Source of the DNA: an uncultured Chlorobiaceae bacterium
GTDB taxonomy: Bacteria; Bacteroidota; Ignavibacteria; UBA10030; SZUA-254
Length of the DNA: 64,000 nucleotides
Direction: 5' to 3'
NCBI GenBank assembly: GCA_964484465.1
Contig: CAZAFL010000002.1
Span: 2,124 to 66,123, forward strand
Shown: positions 43,535 through 53,705 of the stretch, piece after piece
How positions within the stretch are numbered: the first letter of the stretch is position 1
Layout: every line of letters starts with the position of its first letter
Notes under the pieces: generated by a model
Seen by the model: the letters and a program-made list of their open reading frames with translations, nothing else
What the model was told of the DNA's origin: nothing
Database searches by the model: none
Program-made: the position numbers and the translations under genes

Positions 43535-44440
43535 ATGATCAAGATTAACATTAAACAGGTCGATGCGTTTACGGCAACTCCCCACACGGGAAATCCCGCC
43601 GGGGTTGTTTTGGAGGGGGAGAATCTGAGCGAGCGCCAGATGCAGTCTGTGGCACGCGAAATGAATATCTCAGAGACGGCTTTTATTCTTCCCCCGAGCA
43701 GAAATGATGCAGATTTACGCATCCGATGGTTTACACCAACTACGGAAGTTCCGCTGTGCGGTCACGCAACAATTGCCAGTTTTCATGCTCTTGCGGAAGA
43801 AGGGAAAGCGGGTATGGCGAATGATGGGGCCTATCATTTTGAGCTGGAAACTGCGTCAGGAATTCTCCCCGTCGATGTGGCGAAAGAGAAAGGGTCGATT
43901 TCGGTGATGTTTGGCCTGAAAATTCCGTCCTTTGAGCGAGTAACACATTACAAGCTCGACCTTGTTCGTGTTCTTAATATTTCACTGAACGAATTTGATA
44001 ATAAGATGTCGATTTTGCGCAGTGATTATCTCTTCATCCCGGTCCGGAGACTGCACACGCTCTTTGCCATGAAACCGAATTTCCTTTCAATGACGAAATT
44101 TCTTATGACGCATAAACTTGGCGGAATGTGTGTGTTTACAACCGAAACCATCGACCGCGATTCTGTGGTTCACTCTCGTTTCTTTGCGCCGCATCTCGGT
44201 ATTAATGAAGACCCTGTGACAGGTTCGGCTCACGGTCCGCTTGCGGTATTGTTATATCAAAACGGACTGTTGAAATGTGATGATGACCGATGTGTGTTTC
44301 AAGGCGAACAAGGAGACGCTGTGGGCAGGCGGGGCCGTGTCATGGTCGACATGCGTCTGGACAACAACACGCCATCAACGGTGCGGATCGGCGGCACCGC
44401 TGTCACTGTCCTCGATGGCAATATGATTGTACAAGAATAA
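43535..44440 (+). CDS. PhzF family isomerase (phenazine biosynthesis-like protein)
   Basis: 301 aa; VDAFTATPHTGNPAGVV...ISETAF N-terminus and second half-domain typical of PhzF/DapF fold. Confidence 0.85.
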   Translation: MIKINIKQVDAFTATPHTGNPAGVVLEGENLSERQMQSVAREMNISETAFILPPSRNDADLRIRWFTPTTEVPLCGHATIASFHALAEEGKAGMANDGAYHFELETASGILPVDVAKEKGSISVMFGLKIPSFERVTHYKLDLVRVLNISLNEFDNKMSILRSDYLFIPVRRLHTLFAMKPNFLSMTKFLMTHKLGGMCVFTTETIDRDSVVHSRFFAPHLGINEDPVTGSAHGPLAVLLYQNGLLKCDDDRCVFQGEQGDAVGRRGRVMVDMRLDNNTPSTVRIGGTAVTVLDGNMIVQE

Positions 44441-44468
44441 GAACACGATTCAGTTCCCCTGACTTTTC

Positions 44469-46490
44469 ATGCCTCTCCATGTAGTGTTATTTCTTTTCCT
44501 GCTTTGTGGAACGCTTGTCCTGTTTTTGTACAACGTCAGGCGTCTTATTTCCTATTTGTTCATCGGCAAGCCGGAACAACGCACAGATCATTGGAAACAA
44601 CGAGTATGGACGACGCTTGTCGTCGCATTCGGGCAAACGAAACTTCTTCGGGAGCCGCTTGCAGGCATTATGCATTTATTTATTTTTTGGGGATTTGTTA
44701 TCCTCCTTCTGGCAATTCTTGAATCCATCGGCCAGGGATTATCTCCCGGATTCTCATTTTCGTTTATCGGACCTCTATATCCACCCCTCCTTGCCGGTGA
44801 AGACCTCTTGGGTGTGTTTGTGATCGGTTCGGTTCTGCTTGCTCTCTTCAGGCGGTATGTAACACGACCGGAGAGGTTACTTGTTGAACATCATTCTCAG
44901 GTTGATGCGACCATCATTCTTCTTCTGATACTGCTGGTTATGTGTTCCATGTTCGGCCAAAACGCTGCAAGTATAAGCCGCGGCGAACCCGTAGGAGGCA
45001 GCGCACGGTTTGTTTCAAGTGCAATTTCAACCGTTTTTAACGGTCTTTCTCCGGAAAGTAAGGAATTTTGGTTTCATTCCTTCTGGTGGATGCACATCAT
45101 GGTGGTCCTTGGGTTCATGAATTATCTTCCCTATTCAAAACACTTGCACGTGCTTTCATCGGTGCCTAATGTATATCTTGCAAAACTCGGCGCCAGAGGG
45201 CAATTGAAACCGTTAAACTTGCAGGATGAGACGGCAACAAAGTTTGGGGCATCTGATGTTGATGACATGACGTGGAAGCAATTGCTTGATGGGTATACAT
45301 GTACTGAATGCGGCAGATGTACGGCAGCCTGCCCGGCAGCAATCACCGGCAAACCGCTTTCCCCGAAAAAAATTATCGTCGATATTCGCAAGCGGACGAT
45401 GGAAAAAGCGCCGCTCTTGCTCGCCAAGGCGTATGACCCTGCCGCCGGGGAAAGTGGCACAGAAGGGCAGCTACATCCAATTCAGAAAACTCTCGTGGAT
45501 AATTATGTTTCGGAAGACGAACTCTGGGCATGTACGACATGCATGGCCTGTGTACAGGAATGTCCGGTGATGATTGAACATGTCGATTCCATTGTCGATA
45601 TGCGCAGGTATCTGGTGCTCAACGAGTCCCGCTTTCCCAAAGAAATGCAGGCGACGTTCCAGAATCTCGAACGGAACTTTACTCCGTGGGGGTTCAGTCA
45701 TTCAAGCCGGGCTGACTGGGCGGAAGATTTACAGATTCCCCGGCTATCGGAACAACCGGACGCTGAAATTCTTTTTTGGGTGGGATGTGCTGGTGCGTAC
45801 GACGTACGGTACAAGAAAGTAACGCATGCCTTTGCCAGGTTGATGAAAATGGCAGACATAAGGTTTGCAATTCTCGGTACGGAAGAGAAATGTACCGGTG
45901 ATCCCGCACGACGGGCAGGGAATGAATATCTTGCTCAGATGCTGATGACGGAAAATGTCGGAATGCTGAATAACTACAAGGTAAGAAAAATCGTCACCAC
46001 CTGCCCTCACTGTTTTAATATTTTTAAGAATGAATATCCTCACTTCGGCGGGAAGTATGAGGTGATTCATCACACGGAGTTTATTAAGGGATTGATTGAA
46101 TCGGGGAAGATAAAACTGACAAAGGAGAAAAGGGCAAAAATTACCTATCACGATTCCTGCTACCTTGGAAGGTATAATCAGCTCTACGAGCAGCCCCGCA
46201 ATGTTATCGAGTCGATTCCGGGAGTTGAAACTGTCGAGATGAAGCGCTCCCGGGATAAGGGGTTTTGCTGCGGCGCGGGCGGGGCAAGAATGTTTATGGA
46301 AGAGCACATCGGCAAGAGAGTAAATATCGAACGGACAGAAGAGGCATTAGCTCTGAAGCCCGATGTTATTGGTACGGCCTGTCCGTTCTGCATGACGATG
46401 ATGACGGATGGCGTAAAAGCGAAAGAGGCAACCGACAATGTTCTGGTGAAAGATATTGCTGAGCTTGTCCTTGAGGCAGTGGAGGGATGA
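44469..46490 (+). CDS. Membrane-anchored (Fe-S) oxidoreductase: N-terminal NarI/DsrM-like polytopic domain fused to HdrD/GlpC-like domain with two 4Fe-4S motifs and two CCG domains
   Basis: 673 aa; ~5 TM helices with conserved His in N-terminal 230 aa; CTECGRCTAACP and CTTCMACVQECP ferredoxin motifs; first Cys-rich domain CAGAY...EKCTGDP...CPHC (degenerate), second FCCGAGG...CPFC (canonical CCG). Confidence 0.8.
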   Translation: MPLHVVLFLFLLCGTLVLFLYNVRRLISYLFIGKPEQRTDHWKQRVWTTLVVAFGQTKLLREPLAGIMHLFIFWGFVILLLAILESIGQGLSPGFSFSFIGPLYPPLLAGEDLLGVFVIGSVLLALFRRYVTRPERLLVEHHSQVDATIILLLILLVMCSMFGQNAASISRGEPVGGSARFVSSAISTVFNGLSPESKEFWFHSFWWMHIMVVLGFMNYLPYSKHLHVLSSVPNVYLAKLGARGQLKPLNLQDETATKFGASDVDDMTWKQLLDGYTCTECGRCTAACPAAITGKPLSPKKIIVDIRKRTMEKAPLLLAKAYDPAAGESGTEGQLHPIQKTLVDNYVSEDELWACTTCMACVQECPVMIEHVDSIVDMRRYLVLNESRFPKEMQATFQNLERNFTPWGFSHSSRADWAEDLQIPRLSEQPDAEILFWVGCAGAYDVRYKKVTHAFARLMKMADIRFAILGTEEKCTGDPARRAGNEYLAQMLMTENVGMLNNYKVRKIVTTCPHCFNIFKNEYPHFGGKYEVIHHTEFIKGLIESGKIKLTKEKRAKITYHDSCYLGRYNQLYEQPRNVIESIPGVETVEMKRSRDKGFCCGAGGARMFMEEHIGKRVNIERTEEALALKPDVIGTACPFCMTMMTDGVKAKEATDNVLVKDIAELVLEAVEG

Positions 46491-46528
46491 TATGCTAATC
46501 TTTAGAAGGTTTGAACCGTTTTAAGGAT

Positions 46529-46993
46529 TCATTTTGAAGGACCGGACAGGAACTTCTTCAAATCTTCAAACCCTGTAAACGTTTTTGTTACACATCCTAA
46601 TATCCATCCCGGCACTTCATGTAACGGAACAGAGGTCACGAAGTATACCGGTTTCCTGAAGAATTTTGCCATTGTCAGTTCGCCTTTTGTGCCGGCTCCT
46701 TTTGCCGCTCCTTCGTCCCAATAGCAAATAATGTAATCCGATCGCTCGGCAATTTCCCGGCAATCGATTTCGACAAGATGACGGACAATTTCCTGGTACA
46801 ATGTTACATTGTCGGTTTTCAGCTTCCGGAAATCAATACCGGGATAATTATCATTGAAGAATTTATCGCTTTCAATGTTCGGGTTGAACACATCGTGTGC
46901 AAGCCTATGTTCCAGCCATTGCTGCATCTCTTTTCGCCAATGCACGCCCTCCCCGTCTGCATATTCCATACCGCCGGAAAGATATACTCTCAT
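46529..46993 (-). CDS. Nucleoside 2-deoxyribosyltransferase-like protein
   Basis: 154 aa; N-terminal VYLSGGM and AGTKGELTMA (GTxxE nucleophile-type motif) suggest NDT fold; LOG-family alternative not excluded. Confidence 0.45.
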   Translation of the reverse strand: MRVYLSGGMEYADGEGVHWRKEMQQWLEHRLAHDVFNPNIESDKFFNDNYPGIDFRKLKTDNVTLYQEIVRHLVEIDCREIAERSDYIICYWDEGAAKGAGTKGELTMAKFFRKPVYFVTSVPLHEVPGWILGCVTKTFTGFEDLKKFLSGPSK

Positions 46994-47049
46994 TTTTTTT
47001 CGATGTTAGTATGCATGAAGAATTTTTGCTACCTCACAGGTTCCGGCAG

Positions 47050-47712
47050 TTATCCGAATTTATAAATATCTACCATCGGCATGACAAGGGAATAGAGCAG
47101 CCACAATGTTATGCCGGCTGAGAGCGGGACTGAAAGATTATCGTCAATTCCTGTCGGAAGAACTTCAGCGATCGTGCCGGCCAGCGCAGCAACCGAACCG
47201 ATAATATATTCACCGGCACGGTATTCAATTTTTGGAGTAAGGATAACCACGATAACTGCGCTCAGGAAGAATGCCAGGCTTCCCTCAATCGATTTTCTGA
47301 ACAGAGGGTGTCTGCCGAACCGCTTTCCGACGAGTGCTGCAGTTAAATCAGAAATGATGAGAATGGAAAAGCACGTTATTGCGATGATTTTTGGAAAAAA
47401 TAGGATGCATAATGTTGCCGAAATCAGCACATAAGTGGCGCCGTTAAGTCTTTTTTTCAGAAGATCACTTTCACTCGGTCGCAGGAGCCATCCAAAAATC
47501 CTGTAGAACTGGTCTTGCACAGGCTTGACGTAATGTCGCATGATGTCGACCGCGATGCATGCGAGTGTTACCGGAATGATTATGCTCAATGCTGTCGCGC
47601 GCGGATAAAAAAAATATGCTACAGGAATTGAGAGCGAGCAGAGGTGGATTGCTTTCCGGATAAGTTCTATCCTGTATTCACCGCTGCTCTTTGACAGGTC
47701 TTCAGGCACCAC
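47050..47712 (-). CDS. CTP-dependent polyprenol/phytol/dolichol kinase-like membrane protein (COG0170, CdsA superfamily)
   Basis: 220 aa, ~6 TM; SDLTAALVGKRFGRH and SIEGSLAFF motifs of the CTP_transf_1 superfamily. Confidence 0.55.
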   Translation of the reverse strand: MVPEDLSKSSGEYRIELIRKAIHLCSLSIPVAYFFYPRATALSIIIPVTLACIAVDIMRHYVKPVQDQFYRIFGWLLRPSESDLLKKRLNGATYVLISATLCILFFPKIIAITCFSILIISDLTAALVGKRFGRHPLFRKSIEGSLAFFLSAVIVVILTPKIEYRAGEYIIGSVAALAGTIAEVLPTGIDDNLSVPLSAGITLWLLYSLVMPMVDIYKFG

Positions 47713-49751
47713 TATTTCGTCGGTTCTCCCTGAGCGGTTGCGTTAAGGGATTGTTCCTGCCCGTTGTTACGGCGTTCAAGAGGCGGGAGCTCTTCCCCGC
47801 GGATAATTTTATCCACTTCCTCTCCATCGAGGATCTCCCGATCAAGCAATGCAAGCGAAATTCGGTGTAATGCTTCAATATTTTCCTGAAGGATTTTTTC
47901 CGCACGGAGCATCCCGTTTGTCACAATCTTTTTCACTTCTTCGTCGATTGCGACCGAGGTCGATTCGGAATAATTTTTCGAGCGTGTAATTTCTCTTCCG
48001 AGGAATATTTCTTCTTCCTTCGTTCCATAGGAAAGCGGTCCCAGGCGTTCGCTCATCCCCCATTCGCAAACCATTTTATGTGCGAGGTTCGTGGCCCGCT
48101 CGATATCGTTACCCGCACCGGTCGTCAGTTCATTAAATATGAGTTTTTCCGCTGCACGTCCGCCAAGCGCGTATGTGATCATAGCTTCCAGGTATTCCTT
48201 GGAGTATGTATGTTTTTCGTCGATCGGCAGATAGGTTGTTACGCCGAGTGCGCGCCCGCGGGGGATGATGGTGACTTTGTGCACAGGGTCGGCTTCCGGG
48301 ATTTTTTTTGCGACGAGCACGTGTCCGGATTCATGATACGCGGTAACCTTCTTTTCCCGCTCTGAAATGATGAGGCTCTTCCGCTCAGTTCCCATCATCA
48401 CTTTGTCTTTTGCCTCTTCAAAGTGACGCATCGTCACTGATTTTTCATTCTGACGGGCGGCGAGAAGTGCGGCTTCGTTCACAAGATTTGCGAGGTCGGC
48501 GCCAGCGAGTCCGGGTGTCCCTTTTGCAAGCACTTCGAGCTTCACGTCGGAGTCGAGCGGGATATTGCGAGTATGAACCTTCAGAATTCCTTCCCTTCCA
48601 CGGACATCCGGCCGGTCCACAACAACCTGGCGGTCAAACCGCCCCGGCCGAAGAAGCGCTGGGTCGAGTACATCCGGCCTGTTCGTTGCTGCAATGATAA
48701 TGACGCCGCTATTCTGTTCGAATCCGTCCATCTCTACAAGGAGCTGGTTCAATGTCTGTTCTCGTTCGTCATGTCCGCCGCCCAGGCCGGCTCCGCGATG
48801 TCGTCCTACAGCGTCGATTTCATCGATGAAGATAATCGCCGGGGCATTTTTCTTTCCTGTGTCGAATAGATCCCGAACACGGCTTGCGCCGACGCCAACA
48901 AACATTTCGACAAAATCGGCGCCGGAAATAGAGAAGAACGGTACGCCTGCTTCTCCAGCGACGGCGCGGGCGAGGAGAGTTTTGCCGGTACCTGGAGGTC
49001 CAAGCAGGAGAACTCCGCGGGGGATTTTCCCGCCTAGCCGCTGGAATTTTGTCGGCTCCTTAAGAAATTCTATAATCTCCTGTAATTCAACTTTTGCCTC
49101 GTCAGCTCCTGCGACATCCTGGAATGTCACTTTCGGTGCACCTTCATTAATTGTTTTCGCACGGCTTTTACCGAATGAGAAGATCCCTTTTGTGCCCATG
49201 CCTTGCATGCGGCGCATGATGATTAGCCAGATACCGAAGATCAGGAGCCACGGCAAAGCACTCAATAGCGTGTTTGTCCAGATATTATCTTCTTTTGAGA
49301 TTGTGAAGCGAATACCCTTATCGTTCCAGTTCTGTACCAGCGCACCGTCAACGTAGGGGAGTGTGACAACAAATTTTTCAGCGCGCGCTTTTTTTCCGCT
49401 CGATGTCATGACATCCATCGGTTCCTTGAGAACGCCATGGAAATCATAGTTATTGAGGTCGGATTTTTTGATCGTCGCAGTCTTGATCTGTCCGTCCTTC
49501 AAAAGCTCAAGATATTGGGTATATTCCAGGTCGTACTCAGAGCTTTGAGGGTCACGGAACAGGTTCATGACGAAGAATACGAGTAGAATAATTGCCAGCC
49601 AGCCCAGGACAACTTTGAGGACTTTCCCCCAATTAAAATCGTCGTCATTTCTGAACTGGGGCTTCGGCAGACGGGGACGTCTTTGCCGCGTGAGCCGTTT
49701 CGGGGTTCGGGGTTCGTTTTTCTGTTTGTTATTTTGTTTGAAATCTTCCAT
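47712..49751 (-). CDS. ftsH: ATP-dependent zinc metalloprotease FtsH
   Basis: 679 aa; AAA Walker [17 protein letters not shown], zinc site HESGH; two N-terminal TMs; 40-aa basic N-terminal extension. Confidence 0.96.
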   Translation of the reverse strand: MEDFKQNNKQKNEPRTPKRLTRQRRPRLPKPQFRNDDDFNWGKVLKVVLGWLAIILLVFFVMNLFRDPQSSEYDLEYTQYLELLKDGQIKTATIKKSDLNNYDFHGVLKEPMDVMTSSGKKARAEKFVVTLPYVDGALVQNWNDKGIRFTISKEDNIWTNTLLSALPWLLIFGIWLIIMRRMQGMGTKGIFSFGKSRAKTINEGAPKVTFQDVAGADEAKVELQEIIEFLKEPTKFQRLGGKIPRGVLLLGPPGTGKTLLARAVAGEAGVPFFSISGADFVEMFVGVGASRVRDLFDTGKKNAPAIIFIDEIDAVGRHRGAGLGGGHDEREQTLNQLLVEMDGFEQNSGVIIIAATNRPDVLDPALLRPGRFDRQVVVDRPDVRGREGILKVHTRNIPLDSDVKLEVLAKGTPGLAGADLANLVNEAALLAARQNEKSVTMRHFEEAKDKVMMGTERKSLIISEREKKVTAYHESGHVLVAKKIPEADPVHKVTIIPRGRALGVTTYLPIDEKHTYSKEYLEAMITYALGGRAAEKLIFNELTTGAGNDIERATNLAHKMVCEWGMSERLGPLSYGTKEEEIFLGREITRSKNYSESTSVAIDEEVKKIVTNGMLRAEKILQENIEALHRISLALLDREILDGEEVDKIIRGEELPPLERRNNGQEQSLNATAQGEPTK

Positions 49752-49767
49752 TGAGTACTTTCATTTT

Positions 49768-50322
49768 TTAGACCGATGTAGTATCGGCCAGTCGGTAAAT
49801 TCCACGTAAATTTCTCACCTTCTGGGCGTAATCAAGTCCATAGCCGATCACGAAATATTTTGGGACAACGAATCCATAGTAATGAATCGGAACGTTGATT
49901 TTTACTGCTTCTTTCTTATATAATAATGAAACAACTTTCACTGAACGCGGGTTCTGTACACTGATGAGCTTAATCATAAAATCGACAGACAACCCTGAAT
50001 CGACGATATCTTCGACGATGATGATATCCCTTCCTTCAACCTGACAGTTTAATTCCTTTAAGAGCTTTACATTCCCGGTGCTGATTTTCGAATCTCCGTA
50101 ACTTGAGAGTTTCAAAAAATCAACCTCACAATCGACCGCGACCGAACGGATCAGGTCTGCCATAAATACGAATGACCCGTTCAGGATACCGATAAAGATC
50201 GGTACTTTCCCTTTGTAATCCTTACTAATCTGTCTGCCAAGCTGTTTGGCACGCGCCTGAATTTTTTTTTCAGACAGGTAGAGAACAAACTTGTCGCCGT
50301 TAATCTGAAGTTGTTTCTTCAT
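49768..50322 (-). CDS. hpt: Hypoxanthine phosphoribosyltransferase
   Basis: 184 aa; PRPP-binding IIIVEDIVDSGLS motif; conserved tilS-hpt-ftsH arrangement. Confidence 0.92.
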   Translation of the reverse strand: MKKQLQINGDKFVLYLSEKKIQARAKQLGRQISKDYKGKVPIFIGILNGSFVFMADLIRSVAVDCEVDFLKLSSYGDSKISTGNVKLLKELNCQVEGRDIIIVEDIVDSGLSVDFMIKLISVQNPRSVKVVSLLYKKEAVKINVPIHYYGFVVPKYFVIGYGLDYAQKVRNLRGIYRLADTTSV

Positions 50323-51710
50323 TACGATACGTGATTTCGTGGTGTATATTCAATCTTCAGAATTTTTGTCGTTGTTGACGTGATTTTGAACCGGTCGTCC
50401 AGGCGTCGACCGCAGATCCAAACAATATCGCCGTCCGAAACAAAGATTGGAATCAAATGCTTTTCAAACAGCGGAATTTTTTGGTCGACAAAAAAATCGC
50501 TCAGTTTTTTTTTCTCCTTCATCCCGAGCGGGATGAACCAATCGCCTTCGCTCCATGACCGAAGGACAAGCTCCTTGCCGAGGACGGTCGCATTCACATA
50601 CTCGGTGTGCGGGTCTTTCGAGAGAGTCGCCGCAGGAACAATTGTAGATTGGAAACGAAACTGCTCGAACTCGAACGATTGTTCCGGTTCAATACGGTAG
50701 CGGAATGGAGCCGCCTTCGGAACCCGCCTGAAAAACAAGTACTCCCGGTTACGAAACAGAACGATATCCTTCGAAATTGAATTCGATGAACCCGTTTCTG
50801 CATGGGAGATCTTCAGCATCGTCTTCACTGCCGTAAAATCGATATCCATCCTGATAAAATCTTTTGCAGTATGGAACAGGAGATGTTCCTGTATAAAGAC
50901 AGGCTGGTTATGAAACTTGTTCAGGTCGAAAACTATTTCATCGTTCGAACGGCGCACAATAACATCGGGAAGGACCTTGGCGGCCTGTTCTTTGAGATAT
51001 TGCTCAACCTGGTCAAACAATTCTCCCGTTCGCCGAAGCGTTCCTGTTAGGTTCGGGTTAATATGTTCGCGTATCTGGGGTATCAACGAATTTCGAAGAA
51101 AATTCCGTGTATACTCATTCTGTGCATTTGAGATGTCTTCGCGGTATGCGACTTTGTTGGCAACGGCGTATTCTCTGATTTCTTCACGAGCTGCAAACAG
51201 AAGAGGGCGAATGACTCCTAAATCCTTTCTCATCACCGGAATACCGGAGAGTCCCTGGACACCCGCGCCGCGAAATGCGTTAAAGAGAATGGTCTCTGCA
51301 TTATCATCGGCGTGATGTGCTGTGGCAATCTTTTGAAAACCGAGCGATGTTCTGAGTTTTGCCAGAAACTTGTAGCGCAGATCCCGTGCCGCTTCCTGAA
51401 GCGAAAGCTTTCGGGATTCCGCAATCGAAGCCGTATTTGCATGTTCGACGTAGCATTCAATTCCTTTCAATTTCGCTACCGAGCGGACAAACGATTCATC
51501 GTCGTTCGAGTCTTTTCCTCTTAATTCGTGGTTGAAATGTGCAATTGCAAGCATGAGTTTTAACTCATCCTGAAGTTTACACAAGGTGTCCACCAGAACC
51601 ATCGAATCTATACCGCCGCTGACTGCGAGAATAATCCGTTCACCCCGTTCAATCAAACGAAATTGGTGATTAAATTCTCGTAATGCATGAAGAAAAGAAC
51701 CTTGCGGCAT
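50322..51710 (-). CDS. tilS: tRNA(Ile)-lysidine synthetase
   Basis: 462 aa; PP-loop ILAVSGGIDSMVL (SGGxDS), downstream hpt/ftsH synteny. Confidence 0.92.
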   Translation of the reverse strand: MPQGSFLHALREFNHQFRLIERGERIILAVSGGIDSMVLVDTLCKLQDELKLMLAIAHFNHELRGKDSNDDESFVRSVAKLKGIECYVEHANTASIAESRKLSLQEAARDLRYKFLAKLRTSLGFQKIATAHHADDNAETILFNAFRGAGVQGLSGIPVMRKDLGVIRPLLFAAREEIREYAVANKVAYREDISNAQNEYTRNFLRNSLIPQIREHINPNLTGTLRRTGELFDQVEQYLKEQAAKVLPDVIVRRSNDEIVFDLNKFHNQPVFIQEHLLFHTAKDFIRMDIDFTAVKTMLKISHAETGSSNSISKDIVLFRNREYLFFRRVPKAAPFRYRIEPEQSFEFEQFRFQSTIVPAATLSKDPHTEYVNATVLGKELVLRSWSEGDWFIPLGMKEKKKLSDFFVDQKIPLFEKHLIPIFVSDGDIVWICGRRLDDRFKITSTTTKILKIEYTPRNHVS

Positions 51711-51750
51711 ACTCCTAAAGACGTTTTTTCCACAAATTTATTGTGGCTTG

Positions 51751-51824
51751 TAGCGGAGGAGGGAGTCGAACCCCCGACACACGGATTATGATTCCGTTGC
51801 TCTAACCAACTGAGCTACTCCGCC
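51751..51824 (-). tRNA. tRNA with CAU anticodon (elongator Met or tRNA-Ile2 lysidine substrate), directly upstream of tilS
   Basis: Manual cloverleaf on minus strand: GGCGGAG-TA-GCTC-AGTTGGTTA-GAGC-A-ACGGA-ATCATAA-TCCGT-GTGTC-GGGGG-TTCGACT-CCCTC-CTCCGCT-A; anticodon CAT; G1-U72 wobble; not initiator-like (no 3 GC pairs at base of anticodon stem, no C1-A72). Confidence 0.8.
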
Positions 51825-51951
51825 TTAATTTATTGAAAATATACGACAAATATGAGTGATAATCAAGGTGACGAGAGAATCCGCTTCAAGCAGGTTCGTT
51901 GACTTTCCAGCAATTCTTTAGTATTTTGCATAAAATTTTTTCAATGCCGGC

Positions 51952-52875
51952 ATGCAGACTGATCTTCGCCCTCAGACCAGAAGTTATTCTCTCGATGAAG
52001 CGTTCAAATATTGTGCCTCGGTAACAAACACGCATTATGAAAATTTTCCGGTCGCTTCATTATTTCTACCGGAAGAAAAGCGCCCATATATCCAGGCGGT
52101 GTATGCATTTAGCCGCCTTGCTGATGATATGGCAGACGAAGGGAACCTTACTGAAGCTGAACGCCTTACCCGGCTGGAGGCATGGGAAGAACAGCTCCGG
52201 AGGTGTTACGAAGGGTTCGCCGAACATCCGGTTTTCATCGCATTGAGTGAAACAATTCAGCGGCTCGGAATTCCTATCGCATTGTTGCAGGATCTGCTTA
52301 CAGCATTCAAGCGAGATGTTACGCAACATCGTTATCCGACGTTTGAAGACCTTCTCGCCTATTGCCGCTGCTCTGCAAATCCCGTTGGCAGGCTGGTGCT
52401 CATGACATTCGGATATCGTGACGAACAATTGTTTACCCTGTCTGATAACATCTGTACTGCCCTTCAACTGACGAATTTTTGGCAGGATGTCGGCGTTGAC
52501 CTTAAAAAGGACCGACTGTACATACCGCTAGAGGATATGCAGGAAGCAGGATATGCTTTGGAAGATTGGAGACGTGGTATTTACGACCGGCATTTTAAGG
52601 AACTGTTAAGATTTGAAGTCAACAGAACGCGGAATCTTTTTTTCGAAGGCGTTGCATTGACCACGTCAGTTGATAGGGATTTGGAGCTTGAACTGAAGCT
52701 TGTCTGGCTTGGCGGAATGTCGATTCTCAGAAAGATCGAACGTGCAGACTACCATGTCTTCCAACGCCGCCCGTCACTCAACAGCCTGAATAAATTGATG
52801 ATTCTCATACGAGGAGTATTTGTGAAAGATTTGACAAGGCTTGGAAAGAAAGAAAGAATATGGGATCGAACGTAG
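51952..52875 (+). CDS. hpnC: Hydroxysqualene synthase HpnC (squalene/phytoene synthase family)
   Basis: 307 aa; isoprenoid synthase fold with HYENFPVASLFLP N-terminal signature recalled for HpnC, DDxxD-type motifs; first gene of a three-gene unit. Confidence 0.65.
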   Translation: MQTDLRPQTRSYSLDEAFKYCASVTNTHYENFPVASLFLPEEKRPYIQAVYAFSRLADDMADEGNLTEAERLTRLEAWEEQLRRCYEGFAEHPVFIALSETIQRLGIPIALLQDLLTAFKRDVTQHRYPTFEDLLAYCRCSANPVGRLVLMTFGYRDEQLFTLSDNICTALQLTNFWQDVGVDLKKDRLYIPLEDMQEAGYALEDWRRGIYDRHFKELLRFEVNRTRNLFFEGVALTTSVDRDLELELKLVWLGGMSILRKIERADYHVFQRRPSLNSLNKLMILIRGVFVKDLTRLGKKERIWDRT

Positions 52876-53705
52876 CTGCGGCGATCGTGAAAGAGAGCAG
52901 CACGAGTTTCTATTACTCGTTTTCTTTTCTGCCCAGGTACCAGCGGGATGCGATACGGACAGTCTACGCTTTTTGCCGGACCACTGATGATATTGTGGAT
53001 GCAAATGACGGGGTGGAGGGGAAGGTCGAGAAATTACGACGGTGGAGGAAGGAACTTGAACAGGCACTCGCGGGTAAGTCGAACTATACACTACTCAACC
53101 AGTTGAGTTCGATTGCACAACGGTTTAGTATCCCCGTTAATCACTTTTATGAATTGATCGAAGGCGTCGAGATGGACCTCGTGAAAAACCGCTACGAGAC
53201 ATTCGATGAGCTGAAGACGTATTGTTATCACGTCGCCTCTTCGGTCGGGCTGATGTGTCTGGAAATTTTTAATTGCCGGGATGAACGCACGAAGGGGTAT
53301 GCCGTTAATCTTGGGATTGCCCTTCAGTTGACCAATATTCTGCGCGACGTCGGGATCGACGCGAAATACGGAAGAATATACCTGCCGCAGGAGGACTTGC
53401 GACGGTTCGGATATTCCGATGCAGAAATGTTCGCCGGGAGGTACTCGCCCCAATTTGTAGAGTTGATGAAGTTCCAGGCAGAACGTGCAGAAGAATATTT
53501 TCACAAAGCACAGGCATCTCTGCCAGCTCAAGACAGGCGTGCGATGTTTGCGGCAACGATTATGGAGCGGATTTATTATCATACTCTTCTTCGCATCAAA
53601 AAATCTAATTATAATGTGTTCGACGCTTCAGTTTCTCTTCCCCGTTACCTTCAGCTTCTGATAGCGATCAAATATTGGCTCACCCGCCGAATTCTCAGCA
53701 GATGA
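52860..53705 (+). CDS. hpnD: Presqualene diphosphate synthase HpnD (squalene/phytoene synthase family)
   Basis: 281 aa; SSTSFYYSFSFLP signature recalled for HpnD, YAFCRTTDDIVD aspartate-rich motif; overlaps hpnC by 16 nt. Confidence 0.65.
   Translation: MGSNVAAAIVKESSTSFYYSFSFLPRYQRDAIRTVYAFCRTTDDIVDANDGVEGKVEKLRRWRKELEQALAGKSNYTLLNQLSSIAQRFSIPVNHFYELIEGVEMDLVKNRYETFDELKTYCYHVASSVGLMCLEIFNCRDERTKGYAVNLGIALQLTNILRDVGIDAKYGRIYLPQEDLRRFGYSDAEMFAGRYSPQFVELMKFQAERAEEYFHKAQASLPAQDRRAMFAATIMERIYYHTLLRIKKSNYNVFDASVSLPRYLQLLIAIKYWLTRRILSR

Noticed and set aside
51899-51951. Possible promoter (TTGACT ... TATTTT) upstream of hpnC
   Set aside because: Spacing between the candidate -35 and -10 is 14 or 20 nt depending on the choice, and neither hexamer is strong; too weak to call.
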